From: Trichosphaerium sp. ATCC 40318
Lineage: Eukaryota; Protista; Tubulinea
Assembly (NCBI GenBank): GCA_038496445.1
Contig: JALMLS010000627.1
Location: 186,001-250,000 of the forward strand
Direction: 5' to 3'
Length of the DNA stretch: 64,000 nt
A program made the position numbers and the translations under genes. Positions 26,301 through 38,802 of this stretch are shown here, one piece after another. Each line of letters opens with the position of its first letter. Position 1 is the stretch's first letter. The notes beneath the pieces were generated by a model, which searched no databases, was not told the origin of the DNA, and worked only from the letters and a program-made list of their open reading frames with translations.

Positions 26301-27431
26301 TGTTTTTTTGTTATTATTTAAAGTGAAGTGAATAACAGTTACTTGTAGTATCTGATATGGTTGGTAAGAGTAATAAACTATATGTCGTTGGTACTTTCAA
26401 CACAGCTGGTGACCTTGCTTGCGCAAACTTTGCCATCTATGATTTAGACGAGGGTGTCTGGACAGTTCCTAATGGTGAGTACTTCACTTTTACGATTTCT
26501 TTCTATTCTAACACATTGTAAGGTGGTGTTGATGGTATTATTTCCTCTATCGAATCTTACAAAAATTGGATGGTCATTGGCGGTGTGTTTTCATTTGCTG
26601 GATCTGTTCAAACACCAAATATTGCTGGATACAATACTAAATCCGAGCAGTTTGAGAGACTTAACAGTGGTTTAAATGGAAAAATAAATGATATTCAAGT
26701 TGCAGGTAATAAGCTTATTGCTCTTGGAGAGTTTACTACAACAAACGCTGGTATCAGTACAATGGGTGTTGGTACGATAATTCTTTTCTGTTCTATAATT
26801 TTTGTAAACATACTTACAGAGTTTGTTAAGCTGAATTCTTTGACGACAAAGTATGGCGTGGTTTGGCTTGCAACTGCGCAACACTTGGTTGTGATGATGA
26901 AAACGTTGGTTTTGCTTGTCTCAGACTTACGTCTAGCGGTGTAGGTTACAGTTTAAATATTGTTGGTTTTACCGCATTCATGTTCCACTCAACTGGAGTC
27001 TACGGATTGCGCACTAATGACATTTCATTCCCACCACAAAACCTTGGATCTCTTCTCAATGGAGATTCTGCTCAATCTACCACTAGAATTCTTGCTTCCA
27101 CAAGAGGTATCAATGGCCTTCCAAGTGGTGCACAGGTAATTTAAACAGCAACTTTTGTTTGTGTGAAAAGTGTTGACAGTTTATTTTAGGCTTTGGTATT
27201 TGGTACAACTACTACTGGTTCTGGTAACAGTGTTAGCAATGCAAATGTATTGCTCGGTGGCCGTAATGTTGCTAGATACCCATTTGGTGGTATGCCAGCA
27301 GCGCTCAATGTAACTGATTTCGCAACACCAGCAATAACTGCAATCAGTTCTGTTGGAAAACTTGCTGTATCTGCTGTTCTCGGTTTGGTTTGCATCTTTG
27401 CTCTTTTGTTGTAAACAGCTTAGCAATAAAT
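23373..27431 (+). repeat. Copy B of ~4.06-kb direct duplication
   Basis: Matches 14762-18825 in blocks. Confidence 0.95.
23659..27414 (+). CDS. GPI-type beta-propeller surface glycoprotein, copy B
   Basis: Same exon-intron structure and identical C-terminal hydrophobic peptide as copy A; divergent patches and C-terminal third. Confidence 0.8.
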
Positions 27432-27950
27432 ACTTTAACCTGTTCATGTTGTTCAGAGCTTTTTTTTTGGCTATCGTGGTCTGTACTAAGGAATTTCGGC
27501 TAGTTTAAAGTTGAGTGTATGCCACTTTGGTTTAATGTTGCGTTTGAGACATTTTACCTTTTTAAAGTGCTCAGTAGGCTCCTAGTTGTTAGAAGTGAAT
27601 CGGTTGTTATCTTTTTACAATCACCATAACAGCGTTGTACAATAATAATATTTTTTTCTTCTTTACACATATAAAAAGTAGTTACAAATACAATTGCGAG
27701 TATTGATTGGAGCTCATTAGGTGTATCAATCATGCTTAAACGCTCTGTTGTGACAGACTAGTATGTGAAGGCTAATAAAGGCTTTCCGTGTAAGAATACT
27801 AGTGATTGATTTTTGATCGATTTCCAAATGAAGTTTAATTAGTATATTACTAACTTATGTGCCGCATCACAATGAGAAAAGAGCTGCACAAGTACAACAC
27901 GGTATTGTAGCTTTCATATCAATCAATACAGAAATAAACAATCTTGAAGC

Positions 27951-29546
27951 TTTACTTTACTTTACTTTACTTTTATTCCGGTCAAGATTCAGTTTGACGG
28001 TCTTACAAATTTGTTTTTACAACTGTTTTGTCCTCCCATCTTCATCCACTTGTCGCCAGGGCCCCTGATAGGGGTCTCACATAAAGTTAGCCCATGATAT
28101 TCATCATCGACCAAGGTAGACCAGACTGTGTAGAATACCTGCCCAGCTCGGACCGCGCACTAGCTCCGTATGGAGGCGTAGCTAGTCAGTGTTAGTAATG
28201 TTGAGTTTTTTATATAGCTCATGAAACATGATGTTTCTTTTATCGTAGACGCGTTTGTGGCCATTCAGTATTCGGAGTTGCAGCTGTTTGAGTTTGTCTT
28301 TGATGTATTTCGGGTCATATCCTGCATATTTACATGCTTCAACTGTGTTGGTTAAGATGTATGCTCCTGTGTACGCTTCTCTAGCGTATTTAGTTTTTTT
28401 TGCTTTTTTGTTTTTTCGTTTCTTGGTGTTGCGGAGGTTTTTATTGACGTAGTTTTTGATTTCCTCTGTATTTTCTGTACGTACATCTTCAGTTGCTTTA
28501 CAATGGTTGATTATGTGATCTGTATCTTCTTTGTGGTGCCCGCATAGTATGCAGCTGGGTTCCTTGTATTTTTTGTTGAAGTAGTCAGTGTTGTGTGGTC
28601 CAGTGGCTTTATTTAGTGTGTATCTGCCACTTAGGTTGTTGTTTCGCAGTTTAAATTGGAAGGTGGTGATGTTGTCCATTAGTGGCATTTTGTCGTTGAT
28701 GACTTGATTGGATATCTTATGCTCAACTTGTGTCAGGATTGGGAGTTTGGCATTCATGTCTTTTTCATGTATTTGGTTACTGATGTTTCTGATCCGTTTA
28801 CGGATGTTTCCTTCAATGATTTCATTATCATTGTATAAGGTGTAGTTGAAGGCTACTCGTCTATTCGGCGTTGGAGGCTTCTTTAAGTATGTTCCTTCCT
28901 TTGCTAGGGTGTCCGCTTCTTCGTTTCCGTGAAGAATCCATTCTATGTTTTTACCAAATTGTTTCTCAAGTGCTTTAAGTTCTTTGTTTAGGAGTTCCAG
29001 CTTCTTAGGTTGGTTTGCGTATTTCTTTCTTTTTTCTTCTACATGACTGGGTACTTTCCAGAATTTTGTGTATGATTTATGTTTGTCTCTTTGTTTGATT
29101 GTTTGTAGGATTTCTATGATGAGTGATGCATTGTACGCATTCATTCTTTGAGAGTGTTTCCATTTGTGCCAGTTTTCGACCGCCGTGATGACGTATTTGG
29201 AGTCTGTGAAGAGGTTGATGTTTGAGGTCTGGTGTGTGTTTTTGAGTGCCCAGAGTGCAGCTTCTAGCTCGGCTGCGTCAACTGTGTTTCCGGTAATGCA
29301 TGGTAGCGCTACATTGTTAGGGGAGCTTCTATTGAAGTACACTCCGAAGCCTGCTGTGTCGCTGTGTTCCATCTTGGAGCCGTCTGTCCATATGTCCACT
29401 GTTTTGCTGGGTTCAGTGGGTGGTTCCCATTTCTTATATATTTCGTAGTGTTGTGGTTGTTTGATTTTGAGGTGATTTCGTATTTTTCCATTTCTTTTTG
29501 AGATCAGTGCTTTCAGTTGGTTTATGTAAGTTGGTGTGACGTATTG
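27951..29546 (-). mobile_element. 5'-truncated non-LTR retrotransposon (RNase H + zinc finger end of ORF2)
   Basis: 3' tail (GTAAA)4 at 27951-27970 preceded by AATAAA; direct repeat TTGAAGC at 27944-27950 and 29547-29553; intronless, strongly A-rich sense strand. Confidence 0.85.
28182..29546 (-). pseudogene. Truncated LINE ORF2: RNase H and C-terminal CCHC-type finger, RT missing
   Basis: WTDGS, AELEAA, FTDS, KVPSH, GNEEADTLAKEG; CILCGHHKEDTDHIINHC. Confidence 0.88.
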
Positions 29547-29642
29547 TTGAAGCGTACTTTCAATCAAAAGTATAAGCCAGTTGCAACTTAATGTTTCTTA
29601 TTTTTTGAGTGACCAACGAAAGAAACAACAAGAGCTTTGACA

Positions 29643-30280
29643 ATGACAAAACAATTTTACGCCGTAAAACAGCTATCTACCTTATTCATAGCGTATTCGT
29701 GCGTAAGACAAGCCTTCTTTACGCTATATTTCATAATATACTCGATTTCAACCGAAACGGTATGTCATTTATTGTTTGCGCTATTTCTTAATGATATTTC
29801 GCTATTTAGGCACCTTGGTGGCGTGGAAGACAAAGAAAAGAAAACTTTGAATATATGTTTCAATCAGGCTGTTATTTGGCCCTTTATTACATCGCTTATT
29901 GTATTATTTTAAATATTGATGATATCATGTCTTATGTACTAAACCCCGCGTTTTTTAAGAGGCACGTGTCTTGGAAACTGAAGTTTTTTATCAATCTTGA
30001 CAATCCAAAAAAAGGACTTTCGTTTTCAGCGATTAATTATTGTTGTAGGCATTTTGAAGACTTCAAAATCCTATGGAAGCGTTTAGGGTTTCCTACTGCA
30101 CAGAAAAAGGAAGCAACTGTTCTTGTATACTATCGTACAATCAAGAAAATAATCAACTCTGCGATTGGATACTTAAAGGCTGCAGACCAGTACTTTGTGA
30201 TGTTTGTCAAAAACAGGACCAAAGAAAATTCTGGAGATACTAAAACTAGAACTTGTTTAAAGGCCTCTATTGTAGACTAG
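29643..30280 (+). CDS. Hypothetical protein (at least 2 exons)
   Basis: ORF 29637 joins ORF 29855 in frame via GTATGT...TTTAG (29760-29809); no recognised domain. Confidence 0.4.
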
Positions 30281-30549
30281 CAAACTGGTAAAAGGTAGAT
30301 TAAAAGGACATCGTTAACAAGACATGTCAAAGCGTTCTGTATTACTGCAACAATAGCTTGTAGTTAACTAAACAACGTAAATAATGTATAAAACAAATTA
30401 AAAAGCTATTCGGTTGCCACTCTCGGTTTTTTATTGCTTATCTCGGCCGTTTCGCGTTAGTCGAAGGATAGACGCTATTCATGCTACTTTGAAAGGTTTC
30501 GTGTTGGGTCTTGAGCGTTCAAATGAAATTGCAGAATCAGTACAACAAA

Positions 30550-32469
30550 ATGACCACTAAAGCTGTGAGAATACCGTATAGTAAACTAGTAGATGTAAGC
30601 GGTAGTGTAGACCTTGGAAAGGAGATAGAAGCGGCTTACGGGTATGTTATTAACGTATTGACCTTGTAATTACTGTAGTAGATACACAGGGCTTGGATTA
30701 TTGATTATTGACGACATTCCTGGTTAGTAATTTGAGGTTATCGCTCAAAATAACGGAAAAGCAGGTGTTAGCGACCTCCGTGATAAATTACTGCGTCTAA
30801 GCAGTGAATTTGCTCATTTGCCAGAAGAAGCGAAAGAACCACTCGTACACAAGAAGGTAGACCCTATTCCATGTATATGCCGTTATTTTAAGCTATTTGT
30901 AGAGCCACTACTGTGTTGGTTGGAGTCACGGTCGTGAAAACTTAAACGGCACACCAGGTAATAATGATACCGCGTCGTACAACGCGCTTTTAACATTAGT
31001 GCGTACACTAAGAAAATTGCGAGTGGCCAGCAGAAAATTTTTCGAAAAATCATTCACAACAAAGGCCCTGTTTTAATTTTTTGCGTTTGTGGAAACACCG
31101 TTGCTGTATATACTGCATTGATCGTATTAGTAGACTTATTGGCTGCGTTCTAAACCCAGAAATCTTTTTTTTTTTGTTTTTTTTCAAATCTTCATTTATG
31201 CTCCTTAACGTTTACACACACGTGTCCTGATGTTTTTATTGCCGTAAAAGTTTATTTATGCGACTAGGGCTTTTTTTGTTCAGACCTAAACGTCACGTGC
31301 TCATTTTTCTTCTTTAGATGTATCAAAGGGATCTTTTTATAATAATCCAATAATGGATGTACCTACAACAGATGAATCACTTATTGAACAGTACCCTGAG
31401 CTTTGTAGCGCTAATATATGGCCTGATAATGTCCTTCCTGATTATAAACCAACATTTAAAGCAATGGGACAATTAGTAGTAAACGTTGGAAAGCTTATCG
31501 CCAAGTACGCCCAGGAATTTTAATTCTTGTTTCTTTAGGGTTGCTATGTCAAGCCGGAAACTTTTTTTTGTTATTTTTGAGTTTTTGATTTTTTGTTCTT
31601 AGGCACTGTGATAAGTATGTTGAAAGCAAATTAAAGGATAAATATATAAATTCAATACATGATGTTATAGATCAAAGTAATTCCATAAAGGCAAGGTTAC
31701 TTCATTATTTTGCTGTCGAGGCAGAAGAAAAACGAACAAGGTAACTCAATTAGCCCTTGTTTTTTCATCTGGCTTACTGTTTTTTGTAGAGACTCTTGGT
31801 GCGGCTGGCATAATGACAGTGATGTTCTAACAGGACTGGTACCTGCTATATACAGAAATAAGGAAGGAAAGATTGTTTCTAATCCAGATACTCAAGCTGG
31901 TCTTTGGATACGTACCAGACAAGACCAAGAGGTACACGCTTAAATAAAAACTAGTCACTTAAAATTTTTATCAAAAGGTTAAAGTAAGTGTTGGCTCGTC
32001 AAATGCCTTGGCATTTCAGATTGGTGAGATTGCACAAGTCTTGACAGGAGGATTACTTGTACGTGTGTATTTATCAAATGAAACAAAGCATGTTTGCTTA
32101 TGGATATAGCGGGCTACTCCACACGCTGTACAAGCTATTAAATACCCTGAAAGGTACAGGTTTTTTTTGGGTTTTCTACTTTTCTATTATTCATTGCACG
32201 TGTCAGTCTCTAATAACGTGTTTCTTCTCTATAGTAAGGATATAGAGCGTGATACATTTGCAGTTTTTATGCAACCAAAGGTGACTTACATGATAAAGTC
32301 TCCAAAAGACTCTGATTTAAAGGTATGGACAAAAAACTGTTGTTTACAGATCTTAATCTTTTTTTTTCAGAAAATTGAAGTGGGCCAATATACACGTGAA
32401 ATGACAGCAGGAGAGTTCCAAGGTGCTACTTTAAGATACTATTATGAACGTAGTGTTGAGAAACAATAA
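30550..32469 (+). CDS. 2-oxoglutarate/Fe(II) dioxygenase (IPNS/clavaminate synthase-like)
   Basis: AYGYTGLGLLII, VGWSHGRENLNG.PD.SKGSFYNNP, KARLLHYF, WCGWHND..LTGL, FQIGE...LRATPHAV, R.TFAVFMQP. Confidence 0.9.
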
Positions 32470-33215
32470 AATAATGGATTACCAGAACTACAAGTGTAAA
32501 AATGAACACCAATTTAACCGTTATTTCAGAAACCAACGACATTTACAACATCTCCAATACCAGGCTGCACTACGATTTAGTGGCATATGTTCACGAGTAG
32601 TATATCTTGGATTGGAAACAAAAACAAAAAGCGAGTGGTTCAGTTACTAATAGTACATGACATTTAATTAGTTTTTGTATTCATTTTCCTAGTATAGTTT
32701 CATTTACCCGTATCCTCTAGCCAATAACGATCTATCTCCACTTGGTAATCTATTAAATCAAAAGTAGTTTCACTATATGCCATTAACACCGCATACGTGT
32801 ACAATTCTCTAAACTGTGGTTACCCTACTTGAAATTTCAAGTGCAAACCGGGTAGTATTATATCAACAGTTCTACTGCCTCATGGAACGATGGTACGTGT
32901 GGTATTCAAGGCTTTTTAGCTGAGCCAATGTCATAGCTGACGTGTAGGTTGTGTACTAGCCATGCAGTCTGTACTGATCCACAATACCTTTTTCCGCAGA
33001 TGGCATTAAAAAAAACATGAGAAGCAGTGTCTCCCACGTTTGCTTTGCTTTTTACACTTGCAAAAATTACATTTATTGATTGTTTTTGTCAGCAAACGCA
33101 AGTAAACACCAACCACAAATGAGTACCGTGAAGTCACCAAATTGAAAAAAAGCGAGTTTTCGTTTCACTATTGTTTTACAGTTACAGCAACCGTTAAATC
33201 AAACTAACAAAAAAA

Positions 33216-34358
33216 ATGGCTTTACAAGGGTTAAAGCGTATGGTTCAAAGTGGATCAGTTGACTTTGGTCGTCAGAGGTTCGTTTAATACTACGAAACGC
33301 GTACAATAACTAAAACTAAGCGAAACATACGAAAAATACCGCCCAGGGTTTCCGAAATCATTCTACAATAAAATAAAGCAACGTATTGTAATCAAGGACG
33401 CCAGAGTCCTTGATATAGGCACAGGAACGTCATATTTAACCGAAAAATCTTCTAAAAACATTGTATTTAGGTACTGGGCATGTTGCCTTTGGTATGGTCG
33501 AAGCAGGCGCTTCAAAAGTGCGATACAAGTGAGCCAGTGGCTACTTACTATTGTTACAAAATAGGCGGTTGGTGTTGACATTTCAGAGAATCAAGTTATG
33601 GCAGCTAGGAAGTCCAACAAGAACAAAAACCTGGCTTGCACGTGCGTTCCTTTTACACTGGCAATAATTGCCGTTATTGACCTACCTTAGATTTGCTCAA
33701 GGCACTGCTGAAGAGACTAAGCAGGACTCTGATTCATTTGATATTGTTACTGCTGGACAGTGCTGGCATTGGTTCGATGGTGATAAAGGTGAGAATACAA
33801 GAACTCTTTTGTAACCGTTGGTAATGTATATAGCCCTTCAAGAGATAAATAGGGTATTAAAGCCTGACGGTTATTTGGTGATTGCTCACAATGACTACCT
33901 TACTCAAAGAAGCAAGGTTGCTAAGAAATCAGAAGAACTTGTACTAAAGTATAACTCAAAGTGGAAACTTAGCCAACATGATGGTACGTCATTTAGATAT
34001 TTAAGGTATGAGCTTTAAACCTGATACACGTCTTTTCGGTTAGGTACTTATCCAAGTGAGATTCGAGACATACTAAGGGGAGGGTTTGAGTTCACAGAAC
34101 AGTTTTGCTATGACGAGACTGTAAACTTTACTAGGGAGTCATGGTAGTTTCTTTCATCGTACTCTTCAAAACAGTTCTTGTTGACTTTGTTTTAGGCAAG
34201 GTAGAATGCTTACTTGCAATGGTATTGGCTCATCTGATTTAAAAGAAGATGATATAAAGCTGTGGTCAGTTGACATGGACAAGATGCTATTTAGTTTTGA
34301 AGAGCCAATTCAAGTTTGGCATCGCATTTGGGTTACAATCGGAAAGAAACCATCTTAA
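33216..34358 (+). CDS. Class I SAM-dependent methyltransferase (Methyltransf_11-like)
   Basis: VDFGRQSETYEKYRPGFP, VLDIGTGTG (needs GA-AG intron), FDIVTAGQCWHWFD, RVLKPDG. Confidence 0.9.
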
Positions 34359-34538
34359 AGAACCCTTTTGTTCATACAGTCTGTGCTCAGTATTAAAATA
34401 AACCTAGTGCTTACCACGCAGCTGATTTAACCTTATCCTCACTAACTTTATTTGTCGTTAATCAACACATGTAACAACCTTAAATTCCGACATATACAAC
34501 GCTAGAAAATGTGGTTTATTTTTAGAATGCCTTGTTTA

Positions 34539-35412
34539 CTAGTCTAAATGGGCTGTTACTGGATACAAGTGATCCAAATCAGGTTTTTCTGTGCAATAAT
34601 AATGTATCCAAACGCAACAATAGTGGTATGCAGCAACTAGCACTGCTGGTAGAGACCCATGAACCAATCCTGGTACGAACACAATGCCTACCATAAACAG
34701 ATACATTGGATTATTAACAAGGCCAAAAATACCACCTTTAACAAGTCCCTTCTGTTTGTAGTACTCCGGGTAAAAATGATCAGCTCCTACACTCGATTGT
34801 AAGTACTCCATGGTCACGTTTTAAAGCAAAAAATCACGTGTCTTATCACTTCTTTCGTTTGTTTGCGTACCAGTAAGTCCTGCGATTCCAAAGTACATTA
34901 CTACTGAGTATACTGTATATACTGCAGGTATCAAGATGGCTATTGCTAAAAATACTCTATACTCGAATGCAAGATTAAGCGTATGGCCACTGTTCATTGC
35001 AATTAACCCCATTGATATTGGTCTGCCCAGGAACAGTATATAAAACACTGTGGAATACACTATGAACCCAATATCTTTACCCATACTAGGTACCTTTTAG
35101 CAAACGTTCAAGTAATGCAAAAAATATTGGAAGTTCCTCCCAAATCGAACTGTTTTAGAGCTTGAATGATCTGCTACATCCATGGCAAACTACGTACATT
35201 GTTGATACTAGCTTAGTATGAAGTTCAATGCGCCAAACAAGCCATACCCAACCAACGTGAAGAATATGGACTGAAACACTTATCATCATAAAGGTAACAA
35301 TGCCGTTGTCTTTGTAAGGCCAGTATATTGCGTATGCTAACAATCCAAGAAGTGTAAAGTGTATTACTTGGCGTTCTAGTATTTTGCCTAATGTTGAGTG
35401 CATTGGTTCCAT
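34539..35412 (-). CDS. Phospholipid methyltransferase (PEMT/ICMT superfamily) membrane protein
   Basis: Multiple TM segments; GADHF...LVKGGIFGLVNNPMY...HYYCTEKPDLDHLY. Confidence 0.8.
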
Positions 35413-35819
35413 TAGTTTGTGTTGTTGTTGTATTGTAACAGTATGGATTATGTTGTGTAGTTCCAAACAATTTTTAAAGCGTGAACAGGCGGGGATTAAC
35501 AAAACATCCGGTTATTCTCGTCTTATTCAATGAACAGTGGCAACCGGTTAATTTATTGACTGTTCCCGGCCTTCCTCTTTATTTACCCGGATGAATTTTT
35601 ATTTTCTTATGTAGGTACCAAGTAGGAATGATAGTGAAAACATTTGATAACAACTTGCCAGAGGAAATTTTGACTCAGTAAAAATACAATTTTATTTTAG
35701 TTTTGTTTTTCTCTTATCTACATTCTCTTGTCCACAACATATCGGCAATTACATATAGCCTTGTACATGCGTTAGTTACACCCCATAACGACTTTTTTAT
35801 AGTCTCTACAGATTAATAT

Positions 35820-36734
35820 GTCAAGAGCCATTATCGTCTGATTCATCACCTTCTTCACTGCTGGTTTTATGGCTTTAACAAAATCAGTAAAAAAACACTA
35901 TCAAATCGTCTTAAATACGCTAATAACAATTTACGTACGGTACAATCGGTGACGGGCCATATGCGGATGCTTTTGGATCGCGTAAAACTGGTACAGCAGT
36001 AGGTGCTACATAATCAGCTGAAGGCACTCTTTTCTCTTTTTTCCCTTTTTTCCCTGTGTCAATATATGCACGCGTATCGCGCGTATCACGCCCTTCTATA
36101 GTATTCCTTGGTGACTTTGTCGGGGATCGCGATCTTTGTATTGTTTTTTAGTATATATCACGTGTATCGAAGCGTCAAAGCGCGGTTTTGACTACAAACA
36201 AAAAAAAGCGTACAAATCTCCAAGATAATCCTCATCTTTGATCTCTTTGTCTTTTACTGTTGATGAGCGTTTTGCCTTTACGCAGCAAACAGCAAGACTT
36301 ACAAATATACCTCCAAAGACCGCTAGAATACCAAATATAATTCCGATAATTACACCTACAGAGAGCCGTAATTCACCTACGAGTATGTGTTTGTTCGATT
36401 TTCATGCTTTTTTTTTGTGTTTGCTTTTCTTCAACACCAAAAACGCGTACTAGGCGCTAGAGTTGATGCCTCTTGCATAATTAGTTAAATACTTCCTATT
36501 ATTGCCACTTCCAATATTCCGAATGGTTTCAACAGCGCACGTGATAGTAAATAGCAAAACTTAAAGGCAAACTTAATTACTTGTACTCGAGTATGATAAT
36601 GACACTTGTTGAGATGACAACAGAGTAAATAAACACAACAAGAGAACGAACTCTTTTGTTGCTGAGGAGAAGAAGAACAGTGAGCAATTGACTCAAAGAT
36701 TGATAGTGATAATAGCCAATTGAAACTTGTTCAT
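35820..36734 (-). CDS. Small single-pass membrane protein, hypothetical
   Basis: TM exon GVIIGIIFGILAVFGGIFVSLAVCCVKAKR followed by a low-complexity tail; boundaries approximate. Confidence 0.45.
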
Positions 36735-36787
36735 GTTGAACAACTTGATGATAACGTTCTGTTTTACTACTTACTCTTGTACAATTG

Positions 36788-38733
36788 TCATAGATTTGAG
36801 TGTATCGCTGATGCTACTTCTCTTAGATTGTATTTGCCAAAAAGATTTTCTATAGAATCAGCAATGATCTAAATAGTTACAGTGAACACAAACCAAAATC
36901 GAAACCACTTTTTGCAAACAATATTGTTTCGGAGAAAAAGAAAGAAAAAATCTGTATTTACTGCCCATCGTAAAGTCATCCCAAAATAAAAAACTTCTAA
37001 CATACCTGCGCGTTATTTTGTTGATACCTAAAGCCACATAAACAAAAAATATATTGGACTGTAGTAACAATAACAAAACAAGTTGCAAACTTCGAAAAAA
37101 AAGAAATCAAAAAAAAAAAGTGAATATTTGCTTACCCTCCAGATAATACCATAAGAATAGGTATAGATCTTTCCAGCGCCATACCAAATACGATATCATC
37201 GCGCTCAATAATAGTTTCAGCTGATAAGCTAAAACCACCTGCACTGACATTTAAAACAATGACAAGAATACACCCAGAAATATTCAAAAAAAAAAAAAGT
37301 ACCTAAAGGATCTCCGTCTAGAATATCTGTACCAGCGTTATAAAGTAACAATTCAGGTTCAAATTCGTCTAGTGATTCTTTTAATTCAGTTTTTATCATT
37401 GCAATATACTCATCATCTGTTATCTGTGACGTAATGCCTAATTCGAAAAAAAGTAAACAAAGAAAATCATGTGTATTACAACAGGTTACCTAAATCTTTT
37501 GATATTGCTTTTTTTGCACCTGAATCGTTTGGATATATACGCCTTTTATACTATGTTAGAAAAATTATATTTGCATTTATTACGGTCTACAGAAAGACAC
37601 AATCGTACCTGTTGTAAACATCGAAAATATAAGTATTTTCTTTATCTCCGAGAAAATCTCTCTCGTGACCGTTTCCTAAAATGTATTCATACAAGAGAAC
37701 TCCTCCAACAACTAGAAATGTACCTTGATGTGCATCTATATAGTCGTTAGGAGAAAGAAAAGAGATATAAACAACCACAAACTAAAATGATATTTTTACC
37801 TAAGTCAACAATCATAACTTTGTTAGCCAACTTCTTCGCTCTCAACTCTTTAATTGCAAGTGTGATATCCGCTATAATCAACTTAGTTTTTTCCATATAT
37901 AAAATGTAATAACGCACCATAAACACAGAATCCTTCACCTCGATAACCACAAGCATGGTGAAACCCCTAAACAATTTAAGATTGAAAAAAAAGGAAAAAA
38001 AACTCGCGTACGCCACCTAAGTTAATAGCCCATCCTTTTGACATAGCCAACTCTAGTAAGTTAATGACTGTATCAATACAGTATTTTCATCGCACCTGCT
38101 CCTAGAATCGTTCCTCCAGTAGCACGTAGCATAGGTGTAAGCACTCTACTTTTTACCTAAGATAGCATAAATAAGCAACACGTGATTGTTAATATTGCAA
38201 TATGTAATGAACTCATTATATAAAGAAGGAGTACACGTACCAAGAAATTAGGAAGGAAGGCTACAAAGGGAAGTTCGAGGATGTGTGCTAAGTTGTAAGA
38301 CCTTGAAAAGGTTAGCTTTGGCAACAACAAAAAGTGCCAATGAAAAAATTGATAACTTACGATTGCAATGATTTTAGGTAGGTGTCTGTATGAACGGTAC
38401 CTAGTAGTTTAGCACTAGGGATGGAGGGCTCTATTTTTATGTTGAGTTTAAACGGTAATTTAGTGGTTACCTATGTATTCCTTCTTTCCTATGAGTTTAC
38501 ATGCGCGCAGAGCCTCATAAACTTGTAGTAGAGTTAGATGGTAAATCATTTCTGTTAAAAAAGACGAGGAGTAACGTACCACGCCCGTATTTCTGTGAGT
38601 CGAACGGATGAAGGTTTTCTAAGCCCCATGCAGTAATATTGTACCCCTTTACAACAATAAGTTATAAAACTGTAAACCATCGTACTGGTGCATAAATGAG
38701 TGGTAATGTGTTTGCGTGCGATGCTTCAGCCAT
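36788..38733 (-). CDS. HDAC11: Class IV histone deacetylase
   Basis: YNITAWGLENLHPFDSQKYG, GWAINLGGGFHHA, GFCVYADI, DLDAHQGNGHERDF, YNAGTDILDGDPLG, SGGY. Confidence 0.93.
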
Positions 38734-38802
38734 CTTGAGTGTCAACGATAGTATTTTTGGCAAAGCTGAGTTTGTCAGACTTAACCGCTTTAAAACAACA
38801 TC

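Noticed and set aside
29547-29567. Start of the 461-aa RNase H ORF
   Set aside because: Non-ATG start lying in flanking DNA beyond the TSD; the element is 5'-truncated.
30130-30176. IKKIINSAIGYL resembling the family B polymerase KxxxNSxYG motif
   Set aside because: Tyr is absent and there are no DxxSLYP or YxDTDS motifs; likely chance.
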